From contig OZ257128.1 in assembly GCA_965278945.1 (NCBI GenBank), positions 680,257 through 744,256 of the forward strand: a DNA stretch of 64,000 nt. Reading direction: 5' to 3'. This stretch comes from Actinomycetes bacterium (GTDB lineage: Bacteria; Actinomycetota; Actinomycetes; S36-B12). This document shows positions 8,587-19,360 of the stretch, piece by piece. Position 1 is the first letter of the stretch. The number at the start of each line of letters is the position of its first letter. The notes beneath the pieces were generated by a model. It worked only from the letters and a program-made list of their open reading frames with translations. It searched no databases and had not been told where the DNA came from. Position numbers and translations under genes: made by a program.

Positions 8587-9450
8587 ATGGCACGGCAGCG
8601 CGTGAGCCCGAGAGTGGTCGTCGAGACCGAGCACTACGGCAGCAACAACTCGATCGTCGTCGGCGACGACGGACTCGTCCATGTCGACTCGCCCCACCTG
8701 CTGTCGGACGCCAAGGCGTGGGCCGAGTACGCCTCGACGCTCGGCACGACCCGCTTCATCGTCAACACCGACCATCACCCCGACCACACCATCGGCAACT
8801 TCATGATCCCCGGAGAGGTGGTCGGACATCGCGTCACCCGCGAGCGCCTGCTCGCCGAGCCGCCGACGATGCAGTACCTGCAGGACCTGCTCGCGCGCCT
8901 GGATCCAGACGGCGTGCAGTACCTCGACGGCTACTCGGTGCGCGTTCCCAACGTGGTGTTCGACACGCAGATGACGCTCCATGTCGCGGGCGCGTCGGTC
9001 GAGCTGACGCATCATCGCGGCCATACGCGCAACAGCGTGATCGCGTACATGCCCGAGGACAAGGTGCTCTTCACCGGCGACGTCGTGTGCGAGGTCGGCC
9101 TGCCGTCCTTCCAGGACTCGCGCCTGGTCGACTGGTTCGACGCTCTCGACTTCGTCGAGACATATGACTTCGACGTCCTCGTGCCTGGCCACGGCCAGGT
9201 CACAGATCGGTCTGGAGTAGATCGCTACAGGCAGATGGGACGGACCGTGGTGGCGGAGGTTGCAGACCGCATTGCCATGGGTCAAGAAGAAGAGCAAGTC
9301 GTGGCCGAGGTCCGTTTCGAGGACAACATCCACGTCGAGACACCCACGAATGCGGGCTACCCGGATGACCTCATCGAGTGGTTCCAAACGAAGTCCATTA
9401 CCCGCATTTACACAGACCTGCTCGAGACACCAAGTCTCGCGCATCGGTAG
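8587..9450 (+). CDS. MBL-fold metallo-hydrolase (cyclase-like)
   Basis: NTDHHPDHTIGN, GHT, LFTGD, VPGHG. Confidence 0.88.
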   Translation: MARQRVSPRVVVETEHYGSNNSIVVGDDGLVHVDSPHLLSDAKAWAEYASTLGTTRFIVNTDHHPDHTIGNFMIPGEVVGHRVTRERLLAEPPTMQYLQDLLARLDPDGVQYLDGYSVRVPNVVFDTQMTLHVAGASVELTHHRGHTRNSVIAYMPEDKVLFTGDVVCEVGLPSFQDSRLVDWFDALDFVETYDFDVLVPGHGQVTDRSGVDRYRQMGRTVVAEVADRIAMGQEEEQVVAEVRFEDNIHVETPTNAGYPDDLIEWFQTKSITRIYTDLLETPSLAHR

Positions 9451-9515
9451 CTCGCTGCCGGCAACCACAGCAAGTCAACAGGTAAGAACTACCAACGGGA
9501 AGATACGGAGATAAC

Positions 9516-10712
9516 ATGCGCAAACGTCAAATGCTGTTCGCGGTCCCCGCGATCAGCGCCGCACTGCTTCTCGCAGCTTGCGGTTCCAGCTCGAGCAGCG
9601 ACAGCTCGTCTGCCGCTACGTCAGAGGCGCCGGCATCCGCCAGCGCTCCTGCCAGCGAGGCTGCCAGCTCGGCCGCTGCTGACAACGGGGTTGCCGCAGC
9701 TCGGGCCGCCGTCGACGCAGCCAAGGTCGTGCCCAGCACTGAGGGTCTCGGCGAGCCGATCGACGTCAAGTCGCTCGCGGGCAAGAAGATCTTCAGCATC
9801 CCGATCGACAGCAAGCTGGAGTTCTACCAGGTCGGCGAGGCCATCAACAAGCAGCTCGCCGAAGAGGCTGGCATCGAGTACACGACCTTCCCCGCGGACG
9901 GTACGCAGACCTCCTACCAGCAGGGCTTCGCACAGGCGATCGCAGCCGGTGCATCGGTCATCCTTCTCAACGGACCGCTGCCCGAGACGCTTCAGCCGCA
10001 GATCGCGGACGCAACGGCGGCCGGCATCCCGGTTGTCCCGCTGCACATCGCTGACCCCAGCGTTGGCGCCAACCCCGACCTGCCCTACGAGGCATTCGGA
10101 CCGTTCAACAAGGGCATCGAGCTCGCGACGCAGTACGCGATCCAGGAGCTCGACGGCGAGCCGGTGAAGGCCCTGGTCCTCATCGCCTCCGGTACCGGCC
10201 CGTCGGCCGGCATGCTCGAGACGATCACCAACACCATCGCCACCGGCCCCGAGGGCTCGGAGATCGTGAACACTCTCGATATCCAGGTCCCGCAGTGGTC
10301 CACCGACGTCCAGCCGGCAGTGCAGTCTGCTCTGCTCAAGGATCCGTCGATCAACGCGATCATCCCCATCTATGACGCGTTCGCGTTGTGGTCAGCCCCG
10401 GCCGTCACCCAGGCCGCTCCCGACCGCAACATCGGTATCTACTCATTCAACGGCACCCCTGCCGTCATGGGCATGATCAAGGACGGCATCGTTCGCATGG
10501 ACTCGGCCGAGGATCCCCAGTGGACCGCGTACGTGAACATGGACACCGCCTACCGCGCCATGCTCCAGTCCGGACCGAACCCGGTTAGCGCCGGACCGAT
10601 CCGCGTCATCGACGCAACCAACGTCGACGAGACCGGCACCCCGCCCGAGGCGGGCAAGGGCTTCGGCGACGAGTACCCCACCGCTTACAAGACGATGTGG
10701 GGCTTGATGTGA
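9516..10712 (+). CDS. Sugar-type (CUT2) ABC transporter substrate-binding lipoprotein
   Basis: Lipobox LLAAC, Ser/Ala linker, RbsB-like domain; precedes ATPase and permease. Confidence 0.88.
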   Translation: MRKRQMLFAVPAISAALLLAACGSSSSSDSSSAATSEAPASASAPASEAASSAAADNGVAAARAAVDAAKVVPSTEGLGEPIDVKSLAGKKIFSIPIDSKLEFYQVGEAINKQLAEEAGIEYTTFPADGTQTSYQQGFAQAIAAGASVILLNGPLPETLQPQIADATAAGIPVVPLHIADPSVGANPDLPYEAFGPFNKGIELATQYAIQELDGEPVKALVLIASGTGPSAGMLETITNTIATGPEGSEIVNTLDIQVPQWSTDVQPAVQSALLKDPSINAIIPIYDAFALWSAPAVTQAAPDRNIGIYSFNGTPAVMGMIKDGIVRMDSAEDPQWTAYVNMDTAYRAMLQSGPNPVSAGPIRVIDATNVDETGTPPEAGKGFGDEYPTAYKTMWGLM

Positions 10713-12304
10713 GCTCAGCTCACCCTGTGGAGAACGGTGGGGGCGCCAACGGCGCCCCCACCGGGCTTCCCCTACTCCAGGTAATCGGACTGTCGAAGGC
10801 CTTCAGCGGTGTGCCCGCGCTGCGCTCGGTCGACTTCGAGATCGCGTCCGGCGAGGTTCACGGCCTGCTCGGCGCGAACGGCTGCGGCAAGTCGACACTG
10901 ATCAAGATCCTCGCCGGCTTCCACCAGGCCGATGCGGGACAGATCTTCGTCAACGGCGAAGAGGTTCCGCTGCCGCTGGGCCCCCGTGGCCTTCGCGAGT
11001 TCGGCATGGCGTTCGTCCACCAGGACCTCGGACTGGTTCCTGACTCCACGGTCCTCGAGCACATGGCCCTGGATGCCTACGGTCCTTTCGGAGGGCTCAC
11101 CAAGATCTCCTGGCGCAAGGAACGTGCTCGCGTCGAGGAACTGCTTGCCCGCTTCGAGGTGAACGTCGATCCGTACTCGACGATCGACACCCTGTCTCCC
11201 GTGCAGCGAGCGATGGTTGCCGTAGTCCGCGCGGTCGGCGACCAGGAATCACTCGACATGGAACGTGGCGATGGCGCCCGTACCGGCCGGATCCTCGTCC
11301 TCGACGAACCCACTGTCTTCCTTCCTCGCGACGAGGTCGAGCTGCTGTTCACGCTCCTGCGTCGCCTGAAGGCCCAGGGCGACTCCGTCCTGCTTGTCTC
11401 CCATGACCTCGACGAGGTTCTCGTCGCAACGGACCGTCTGACGGTCCTGCGCGACGGCCGGCTGGTCGGCACCCGCGTGACGGAGGGGACGACGCGGCAG
11501 GACGTCGTCGAGATGATCCTCGGCGCGCGGGACGAGCACGTGGCCCGGACCGATGCCGTCGTCCGGGAGGACCTCGCGCCCCTGCTGTCGGCCATCGACA
11601 TCACCGGCGATCGAATCAAGAACCTCTCCCTGGAACTGCGCTCCGGTGAGGTCGTCGGCGTCACGGGACTGGCCGGCTCAGGATTCGAGGAGCTGCCCGA
11701 ACTGCTGTTCGGCGCGCGCAAGCTGCACGCCGGGCAGATCGCCGTCAGCGGCGTGGTCGTCAAGCGGCCATCACCTGGCGAGCTGATGGCGCAGGGCGTC
11801 GTGCTGATTCCCTCCGACCGCAAGAGGGAAGGGGCGGCGCAGGAGCTGACGATCACCGAGAACCTCGCGATCCCGTTCCTCGAGAACTACTCCGGAGGCT
11901 GGAGCCTGCGGTGGAAGGAACTGCGGGAGCAGGCGTGGGAGATCTGCAAGAAGCTGAACGTCACCCCGCTGAACCCGACGTTGAACTTCGGCAACCTCAG
12001 CGGCGGCAACCAGCAGAAGGCTCTGCTGGGCAAGTGGCTGCAGACGAACCCGTCGGTCATGCTGCTCAACGAGCCGACCCAGGGCGTCGACGTCGGCGCT
12101 CGCAAGGAGATCTTCCGCCTGATCAGGGCCGCCGTCGCGGACGGAATGACGGTCCTGTGCTGCACCTCCGACTACGAGCAGCTCGTGGAGATGGCCGATC
12201 GGGTCATCGTGCTCCATGACGGACGCGTGCAGCAGCAGCTCTACGGAACAGACATCACGAAGGACAACCTGGCGGCATCCATCTACTCCGAGGAAGCAGC
12301 ATGA
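10709..12304 (+). CDS. Sugar ABC transporter ATP-binding protein (two NBDs)
   Basis: GANGCGKS, VLDEPT, LSGGNQQK, NEPTQGVDVGA. Confidence 0.93.
   Translation: MSSAHPVENGGGANGAPTGLPLLQVIGLSKAFSGVPALRSVDFEIASGEVHGLLGANGCGKSTLIKILAGFHQADAGQIFVNGEEVPLPLGPRGLREFGMAFVHQDLGLVPDSTVLEHMALDAYGPFGGLTKISWRKERARVEELLARFEVNVDPYSTIDTLSPVQRAMVAVVRAVGDQESLDMERGDGARTGRILVLDEPTVFLPRDEVELLFTLLRRLKAQGDSVLLVSHDLDEVLVATDRLTVLRDGRLVGTRVTEGTTRQDVVEMILGARDEHVARTDAVVREDLAPLLSAIDITGDRIKNLSLELRSGEVVGVTGLAGSGFEELPELLFGARKLHAGQIAVSGVVVKRPSPGELMAQGVVLIPSDRKREGAAQELTITENLAIPFLENYSGGWSLRWKELREQAWEICKKLNVTPLNPTLNFGNLSGGNQQKALLGKWLQTNPSVMLLNEPTQGVDVGARKEIFRLIRAAVADGMTVLCCTSDYEQLVEMADRVIVLHDGRVQQQLYGTDITKDNLAASIYSEEAA
10735..10763 (+). 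terminator. GC-rich hairpin just after SBP gene (mRNA stabiliser or attenuator)
   Basis: CGGTGGGGGCGCC-AAC-GGCGCCCCCACCG, perfect 13-bp stem, no U-tract. Confidence 0.6.
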
Positions 12305-13329
12305 CAATCACTGAACCGTCGCCTGCCGACAAGAAGGCCCTGGCATCCACGAGCGTTGTCAAGAAGGGATTCTTCAGCGACCCGGAGCGATTCGCCCTGA
12401 TCGGCGTGTGGCTGGTCCTGATCATCTTCTTCACCGTCAAGGTCGGAGACACGTTCTTCACCCTCGCGAACCTGTCGAACATGCTCGGCTCGCAGGCGGT
12501 TCTTCTGGTGCTCGCCCTGGGCCTGATCATCCCGCTCCGCGCGAACATCTACGACCTGTCGATGGCCTCGGTCATGACCTTGTCGGCAGTCATCGTTGCC
12601 TCGGGTTATGTACTTCACGGCTGGCCCCTGTGGCTTGCCGTGCTCGTTGCCCTGATCGCGGGAATCCTCGTCGGCACGCTCAACGGGTTCATCGTCACGA
12701 AGTTCGACATCGACCCGTTCATCATCACCCTGGGCGTGGGAACCGTCGTCATCGGCATCAGCCACATCATCTCGGAGTCGCGCACGGTCAGCGGCGTCGA
12801 TCCGTTCCTGTCGCAGGTCATGCTGTCCAAGCCGTTCTGGGGAATCCCGCTCGACTTCTGGTACGCGGTGGCCCTGTGCGCCATCGTCTGGTTCCTCTTC
12901 GAGTACACGGCCTTCGGCCAGCGCCTGCTGTTCATCGGCCAGAATCCCGATGTCGCGCGCCTCAATGGCGTCAACGTCCAAAAGCTCCGCTGGATCTCGC
13001 TGGTCTGCTCGGGAGGCATCGGCGCGCTTGCCGGCATCGTCCTGGTAGGCACGACACTGAGCGCAGACACGACGTCGGGCGGGGCCTTCCTGCTACCGGC
13101 CTTCGCTGCGGCGTTCCTCGGCTCGACGACGATCCGCATCGGCCGCTTCAATCCGTGGGGCACGCTGATCGCGGTGTACTTCCTGGTCACCGGCATCACG
13201 GGCCTTCAGCTCATGGGCGCGGCGCAGTACGTCCAGCAGCTCTTCTACGGTGGCGCACTTGTCATTGCGGTCGTACTGTCAAAGATTGTGCGGTCTCGAA
13301 GCGAGAAGAAGCGCCTCATCATCCAATAG
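12301..13329 (+). CDS. Sugar ABC transporter permease (RbsC-like)
   Basis: DLS, PFIITLG, GQNPDVARLNGV, multiple TM helices. Confidence 0.92.
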   Translation: MTITEPSPADKKALASTSVVKKGFFSDPERFALIGVWLVLIIFFTVKVGDTFFTLANLSNMLGSQAVLLVLALGLIIPLRANIYDLSMASVMTLSAVIVASGYVLHGWPLWLAVLVALIAGILVGTLNGFIVTKFDIDPFIITLGVGTVVIGISHIISESRTVSGVDPFLSQVMLSKPFWGIPLDFWYAVALCAIVWFLFEYTAFGQRLLFIGQNPDVARLNGVNVQKLRWISLVCSGGIGALAGIVLVGTTLSADTTSGGAFLLPAFAAAFLGSTTIRIGRFNPWGTLIAVYFLVTGITGLQLMGAAQYVQQLFYGGALVIAVVLSKIVRSRSEKKRLIIQ

Positions 13330-13371
13330 TCCTGGTTTGTCATCTGAATATCGCCACGAAAGGTCGAAACA

Positions 13372-14484
13372 ATGAAGGCGCAAGGCTCTGTGCTGTTTGA
13401 GGTTGGCGGCAAGTGGACGGTCGAAGAGCTCGAGCTCGACGACCCGAAGGACTACGAGGTCCTTGTTCAAGTGATGGCCAGTGGCCTGTGCCACTCCGAT
13501 GACCACTTCCAGACAGGCGACATTCCCGTCTCGCTGCCGCTGGTCGGCGGCCACGAGGGCGCGGGCGTCGTGCTGAAGGTCGGCTCGAAGGTCAGCCGCG
13601 TGAAGGTCGGCGACCACGTCGCGACGCTCTTCATCCCCGCATGTGGCACCTGTCGGTACTGCGCGACCGGCCGCTCGTACATCTGCAACAACGGCGCGGG
13701 CATGGAGCACGGCATGGCCATGGACGACACCGCGCGGTTCCACCTCGCCGACGGCACCGGCATCGGCGCGGTCACCCGTCTGGGCAGCTGGGCCAACTAC
13801 CTCGTGTGCCACGAGACCCAGGCCGTGAAGATTCCCGATGACATCCCCTTCGATGTGGCCTGCCTCGTCTCCTGCGGCGTTGCCACGGGCTACGGCGCGG
13901 CCGTCAACGGCGGCCCGGTTCGTCCCGGCGATGTCGTGCTGGTCATGGGTGTCGGCGGGGTCGGCATGAACGCGGTGCAGGGTGCCAAGCACGCTGGCGC
14001 GGACCACATCATCGTGGCCGAGCCGGTCGAGTGGAAGCGCAACGCGGCGCTCGACTTCGGCGCGACGGATGTATTCGCCAGCATCGATGACGCTCGCGAG
14101 CGCATCGCGCACCTGACCAACGGACAGGGCGTCGACGTCGCCATCGTCACCGTCGGCCGTGTCGATGGAGTCCTCCTCGGCGAGGCGTTCGAGATCACCG
14201 GCAAGTCGGGCACCTGCGTGCTCGCCGCAGTCGGCTCGCACGACAAGGGCATCGACATCAGCCCGCAGGACTTCACCAACTTCGCCAAGAAGCTCCAGGG
14301 CGTCATGTACGGCCTGTGCAATCCCGTCGTCGACATTCCCCGTCTGCTCCAGATGTACAAGGACGGCAGCATCAAGCTCGACGAGCTCGTCACCACCCGC
14401 TACGACGTCTCGCAGATCAACGAGGCGTACGAGGACATGCACGCCGGCAAGAACATCCGCGGCGTCGTCGTCCACACGCACTAA
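13372..14484 (+). CDS. Zn-dependent NDMA-dependent (nicotinoprotein) alcohol dehydrogenase, mycofactocin-associated type
   Basis: ASGLCHSDDH, GGHEGAG, CGTCRYC...C, CGVATG, GVGGVGMNAVQGA, GKNIRGV. Confidence 0.88.
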   Translation: MKAQGSVLFEVGGKWTVEELELDDPKDYEVLVQVMASGLCHSDDHFQTGDIPVSLPLVGGHEGAGVVLKVGSKVSRVKVGDHVATLFIPACGTCRYCATGRSYICNNGAGMEHGMAMDDTARFHLADGTGIGAVTRLGSWANYLVCHETQAVKIPDDIPFDVACLVSCGVATGYGAAVNGGPVRPGDVVLVMGVGGVGMNAVQGAKHAGADHIIVAEPVEWKRNAALDFGATDVFASIDDARERIAHLTNGQGVDVAIVTVGRVDGVLLGEAFEITGKSGTCVLAAVGSHDKGIDISPQDFTNFAKKLQGVMYGLCNPVVDIPRLLQMYKDGSIKLDELVTTRYDVSQINEAYEDMHAGKNIRGVVVHTH

Positions 14485-14532
14485 ACGTCAGGCACGCAAC
14501 TAACCAAGCCATACCTCTGGAGAGATAGACAC

Positions 14533-16020
<1,488 letters not shown>

Positions 16021-16028
16021 TCACGCCG

Positions 16029-16706
16029 ATGACCGAGGAGCGCATCGACCGAGGGCGGACAACCCTCGCGCATCGAGTCGAGGAGTTGCTGCGGAAGGAA
16101 ATCGTCCGCGGTGACCGGCCCAGTGGATCGCGCCTCAACGAGGTCGAGATCGCTGCTGCATACGACGTCAGCCGCGGGCCGGTGCGCGAGGCGCTCCAGC
16201 GCCTGGCCCGCGACGGACTCGTCGTTCTCGAGGCTCATCGGGGCGCCTTCGTCACCGAGCTCGGTCGCGACGAGGTACTCGAGCTGTTCGAGGTCCGCGC
16301 GGCTCTCGAGGCCGAGGCCGCAGGCCTCGTGGCGCTCAAGATCACCGAGCCCGACATCACCCTGCTTCGTCAGATGCAGGAGCTGTCCGTCAGCGCGGTC
16401 GCGGCCGAGGACGACCACAGCTTTCCCGAGCTGTTCGACCTCCACGACCTGATCGCACAGCTCGCGGGCAACCGCCGGCTGACGACGTTGATGAACCAGG
16501 TCAACGGCGAACTGCGCTTGATGCGATCGCGCTCGGGCCAGTCCGCGGTCCGCGCGCAGCAGGCCCTTCACGAGCACGACGAGTTGATTGAGTGCTTGGC
16601 GAACGGGGACGTGGAGGGATCGCGCAGAACGATGCGCGCTCACCTCGACGCCTCCCGCAACAACACGCTTGCCCTCATGTTCCCCGAAACACCCGACCAG
16701 TCCTAG
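16029..16706 (+). CDS. GntR-family (FCD domain) transcriptional regulator
   Basis: VSRGPVREAL HTH; C-terminal EH...H FCD motif. Confidence 0.92.
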   Translation: MTEERIDRGRTTLAHRVEELLRKEIVRGDRPSGSRLNEVEIAAAYDVSRGPVREALQRLARDGLVVLEAHRGAFVTELGRDEVLELFEVRAALEAEAAGLVALKITEPDITLLRQMQELSVSAVAAEDDHSFPELFDLHDLIAQLAGNRRLTTLMNQVNGELRLMRSRSGQSAVRAQQALHEHDELIECLANGDVEGSRRTMRAHLDASRNNTLALMFPETPDQS

Positions 16707-16714
16707 GAGACCCC

Positions 16715-17791
16715 GTGGCCTCGAAGATTTTCGAGCCGTGGGTTATGGGTCCTTTCACCTTGGCGAACCGTGTCGCCATGGCCCCCATGACTCGCAACCG
16801 TGCCGACGATGACGGCATCCCGTCCGTGCACGCCGTCGACTACTACCGGCAGCGAGCCGGCGCGGGGCTGATCGTCAGCGAGGCGACGCAGCCCAGCGCT
16901 GCGGGCCGCGGCTACTTCGGCACGCCTGGCATCCACTCGCAGGAGCAGCAGGATGCGTGGGCGCCGATTGCCGATGCCGTGCACGACGAGGGCGGCCACA
17001 TCTTCCTTCAGCTCATGCACACTGGTCGGATCGGCCACACGTCGCTTCTGCCTGAAGGCGGAAGCCTGATGGCTCCCAGCGCAGTGCGCGCCGAGATGGA
17101 CCTCGCCCGCAAGGATGGCGTCGAGGTTCCCGCCGAGATGCCGCGGGCCTTCACCGTCGACGAGATTCACGGCGTCATCGACGACTACGCGTCGGCGGCC
17201 GAGCGCGCGATCGCCGCGGGCATGGACGGCATCGAGCTGCACGGGGCCAATGGCTACCTCATCCACCAGTTCCTCGGCACCAACACCAACATCCGCGAGG
17301 ACGAGTACGGCGGCAGCCCCGAGGGCCGTGCGAAGTTCGTCGTCGATCTGACCGCCGAGGTTGCCCGACGCATCGGCCCCGAGCGCGTCGGCCTGCGGAT
17401 CTCACCAGGTGGCAAGTTCAACGACATGCGCGAGGTCGACAACGACGACACCTACCTCGCCCTCGCCGAGGGACTGCTGCCGCTCGGCATCGCCTACCTC
17501 CACACGCTGCGCCGCCGCTCGACTCCGCTGCACCAGCAGCTGCGCGACCTGTGGCAGACGACGTTCATCCTCAACACGGGCTACCAGGGCTCGAGCGAGC
17601 TCGAGGACCTCGAGCAGATCCTCGTAGACGATGCCGCGGACATGGTGAGCGTTGGTCGCTACTTCATCTCCAATCCCGACCTCGTGCACAGATGGCAGGT
17701 CGGCGCACCGCTCGCGCCGTGGAACGAGGACACCTTCTACACGCCCGGGCCCGAGGGCCTTATCGACTACTCGTTCCATCAGCACAGCTGA
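16715..17791 (+). CDS. Old Yellow Enzyme alkene reductase (NemA-like)
   Basis: MAPMTRNR, QLMHTGR, ELHGANGYL, RISP, GRYFISNPDL. Confidence 0.93.
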   Translation: MASKIFEPWVMGPFTLANRVAMAPMTRNRADDDGIPSVHAVDYYRQRAGAGLIVSEATQPSAAGRGYFGTPGIHSQEQQDAWAPIADAVHDEGGHIFLQLMHTGRIGHTSLLPEGGSLMAPSAVRAEMDLARKDGVEVPAEMPRAFTVDEIHGVIDDYASAAERAIAAGMDGIELHGANGYLIHQFLGTNTNIREDEYGGSPEGRAKFVVDLTAEVARRIGPERVGLRISPGGKFNDMREVDNDDTYLALAEGLLPLGIAYLHTLRRRSTPLHQQLRDLWQTTFILNTGYQGSSELEDLEQILVDDAADMVSVGRYFISNPDLVHRWQVGAPLAPWNEDTFYTPGPEGLIDYSFHQHS

Positions 17792-17834
17792 CACACACAC
17801 CGACAACCAGACCTGACAACAAAGGAGATTCATC

Positions 17835-18560
17835 ATGGGTGACTTCGACGGCAAAGTCGTGATCGTGACCGGCGCGGGTCAGGGCATTGGCCTGGCCACC
17901 GCGAAGGTCTTCGCCGAGCAGGGCGCGACAGTGCAGGGCTGGGACCTCTCGGGCAACGAGGGAGCCGTGGCCGTTGACGTCGCCAACTGGGACAGCGTCA
18001 AGGCCGCAGCCGACGCCGCGGTCGCCGAGTTCGGTCGCATCGACGTGCTGGTGAACTGCGCCGGCGTCATCACGCCGAACATCTCGGCGGAGGATGTCGA
18101 TCCCGACCACTACCGCAAGTGCTTCGAGGTCAACGTGATGGGCGCGGTGCACACCACCAAGGCGCTCTACCCCGCGCTGCAGGCGGCACCCGAGGGTGCC
18201 GTCGTCAACGTGGCCTCGCAGGCTGCGCTCGTGTCGCTTCCCTCGCAGGCCGCCTACACCGCGTCGAAGGGCGCCGTCGCCGCACTCACGCGCGCGCTCG
18301 CCATCGACTGGGCGTCGGTCGGCATTCGCGTCAATGCCGTGTGCCCCGGCTTCACGCTCACCGAGATGGCCATCAAGCAGATGACCCCCGAGCTCGACGC
18401 GGCCGTGTCGCGTCGCGTGCCCATGGGCCGCATGTTCCAGCCCTACGAGATGGCCAACGCGATCTCGTTCCTCGCCAGCAGCAAGGCGTCCGCGATCACC
18501 GGAGTCGTGCTGCCGGTCGACGGCGGCTGGACCGCTGGCGAGCCCGCACTCCCGATGTAA
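17835..18560 (+). CDS. SDR family oxidoreductase
   Basis: TGAGQGIG, YTASK, NAVCPG, VDGGW. Confidence 0.92.
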   Translation: MGDFDGKVVIVTGAGQGIGLATAKVFAEQGATVQGWDLSGNEGAVAVDVANWDSVKAAADAAVAEFGRIDVLVNCAGVITPNISAEDVDPDHYRKCFEVNVMGAVHTTKALYPALQAAPEGAVVNVASQAALVSLPSQAAYTASKGAVAALTRALAIDWASVGIRVNAVCPGFTLTEMAIKQMTPELDAAVSRRVPMGRMFQPYEMANAISFLASSKASAITGVVLPVDGGWTAGEPALPM

Positions 18561-18592
18561 CTCACCCCACCCACTGCTTCGGAGGTTTCGTC

Positions 18593-19348
18593 ATGAGGTT
18601 CACAGGAAAGATCGCCTATGTCACAGGCGCGAGTTCGGGTATCGGCATGGGTGCGGCGATTCGCCTCGGCCAGGAGGGTGCGAAGGTCATTCTGCTCGGA
18701 CGGCGCAAGGCGCTGCTCGACGAGGTTGCCGCGGAGTGCAACGCTGAATCTGTTGGTATTGCCCTTGACGTCACCGATCGCGACGCAGTCGCATCCGTGC
18801 TCGCGCAGAGCGTTGCCGAGCACGGCGGTCCGGACATCGTCGTTCACAACGCCGGCGAGACGGTGCTCGGCGCGCTGCACGACCTGACCGAGGACGAGTG
18901 GGATCGGCAGTTCAACACGAACCTCAAGAGCATCTACTACACGAACAAGGTGCTGTGGCCGGCGATGGTCGCCCGCGGTGGCGGCTCGATCGTGACGATC
19001 GCATCGACCGCCTCGTTCGTCGGGTTCCCCGACGACGCGGCCTACGTTGCGACCAAGGGCGCAGTCCTGGCGATGACCAAGGCCATGGCCCTCGACGGTG
19101 CGCCGGTCGGCATCCGCGTCAATGCGGTCTGCCCGGGCTTCATCTGGACGCCGAACCTGGAGGGCTACTTCAACGGCCAGCCCGATCCTGAGGCGGCCAT
19201 TGCTGCGGCAACGACGTTCGCCCCGATCGGCCGCATGGGCACGATCGAGGACACCGCAGGCGCGATCGCGTTCTTCGCCTCCGACGATGCCTCCTTCATC
19301 ACCGGGGCCTCGCTCCTCGTTGACGGCGGACTGCTGGCCAAGGCGTAG
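18593..19348 (+). CDS. SDR family oxidoreductase (paralogue of 30447-31208)
   Basis: TGASSGIG, HNAG, YVATK; GGAGG RBS. Confidence 0.92.
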   Translation: MRFTGKIAYVTGASSGIGMGAAIRLGQEGAKVILLGRRKALLDEVAAECNAESVGIALDVTDRDAVASVLAQSVAEHGGPDIVVHNAGETVLGALHDLTEDEWDRQFNTNLKSIYYTNKVLWPAMVARGGGSIVTIASTASFVGFPDDAAYVATKGAVLAMTKAMALDGAPVGIRVNAVCPGFIWTPNLEGYFNGQPDPEAAIAAATTFAPIGRMGTIEDTAGAIAFFASDDASFITGASLLVDGGLLAKA

Positions 19349-19360
19349 GCCACGCACCTG

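Noticed and set aside
17790-17801. Short (AC)n run
   Set aside because: About five units, intergenic; too short to argue for phase variation.
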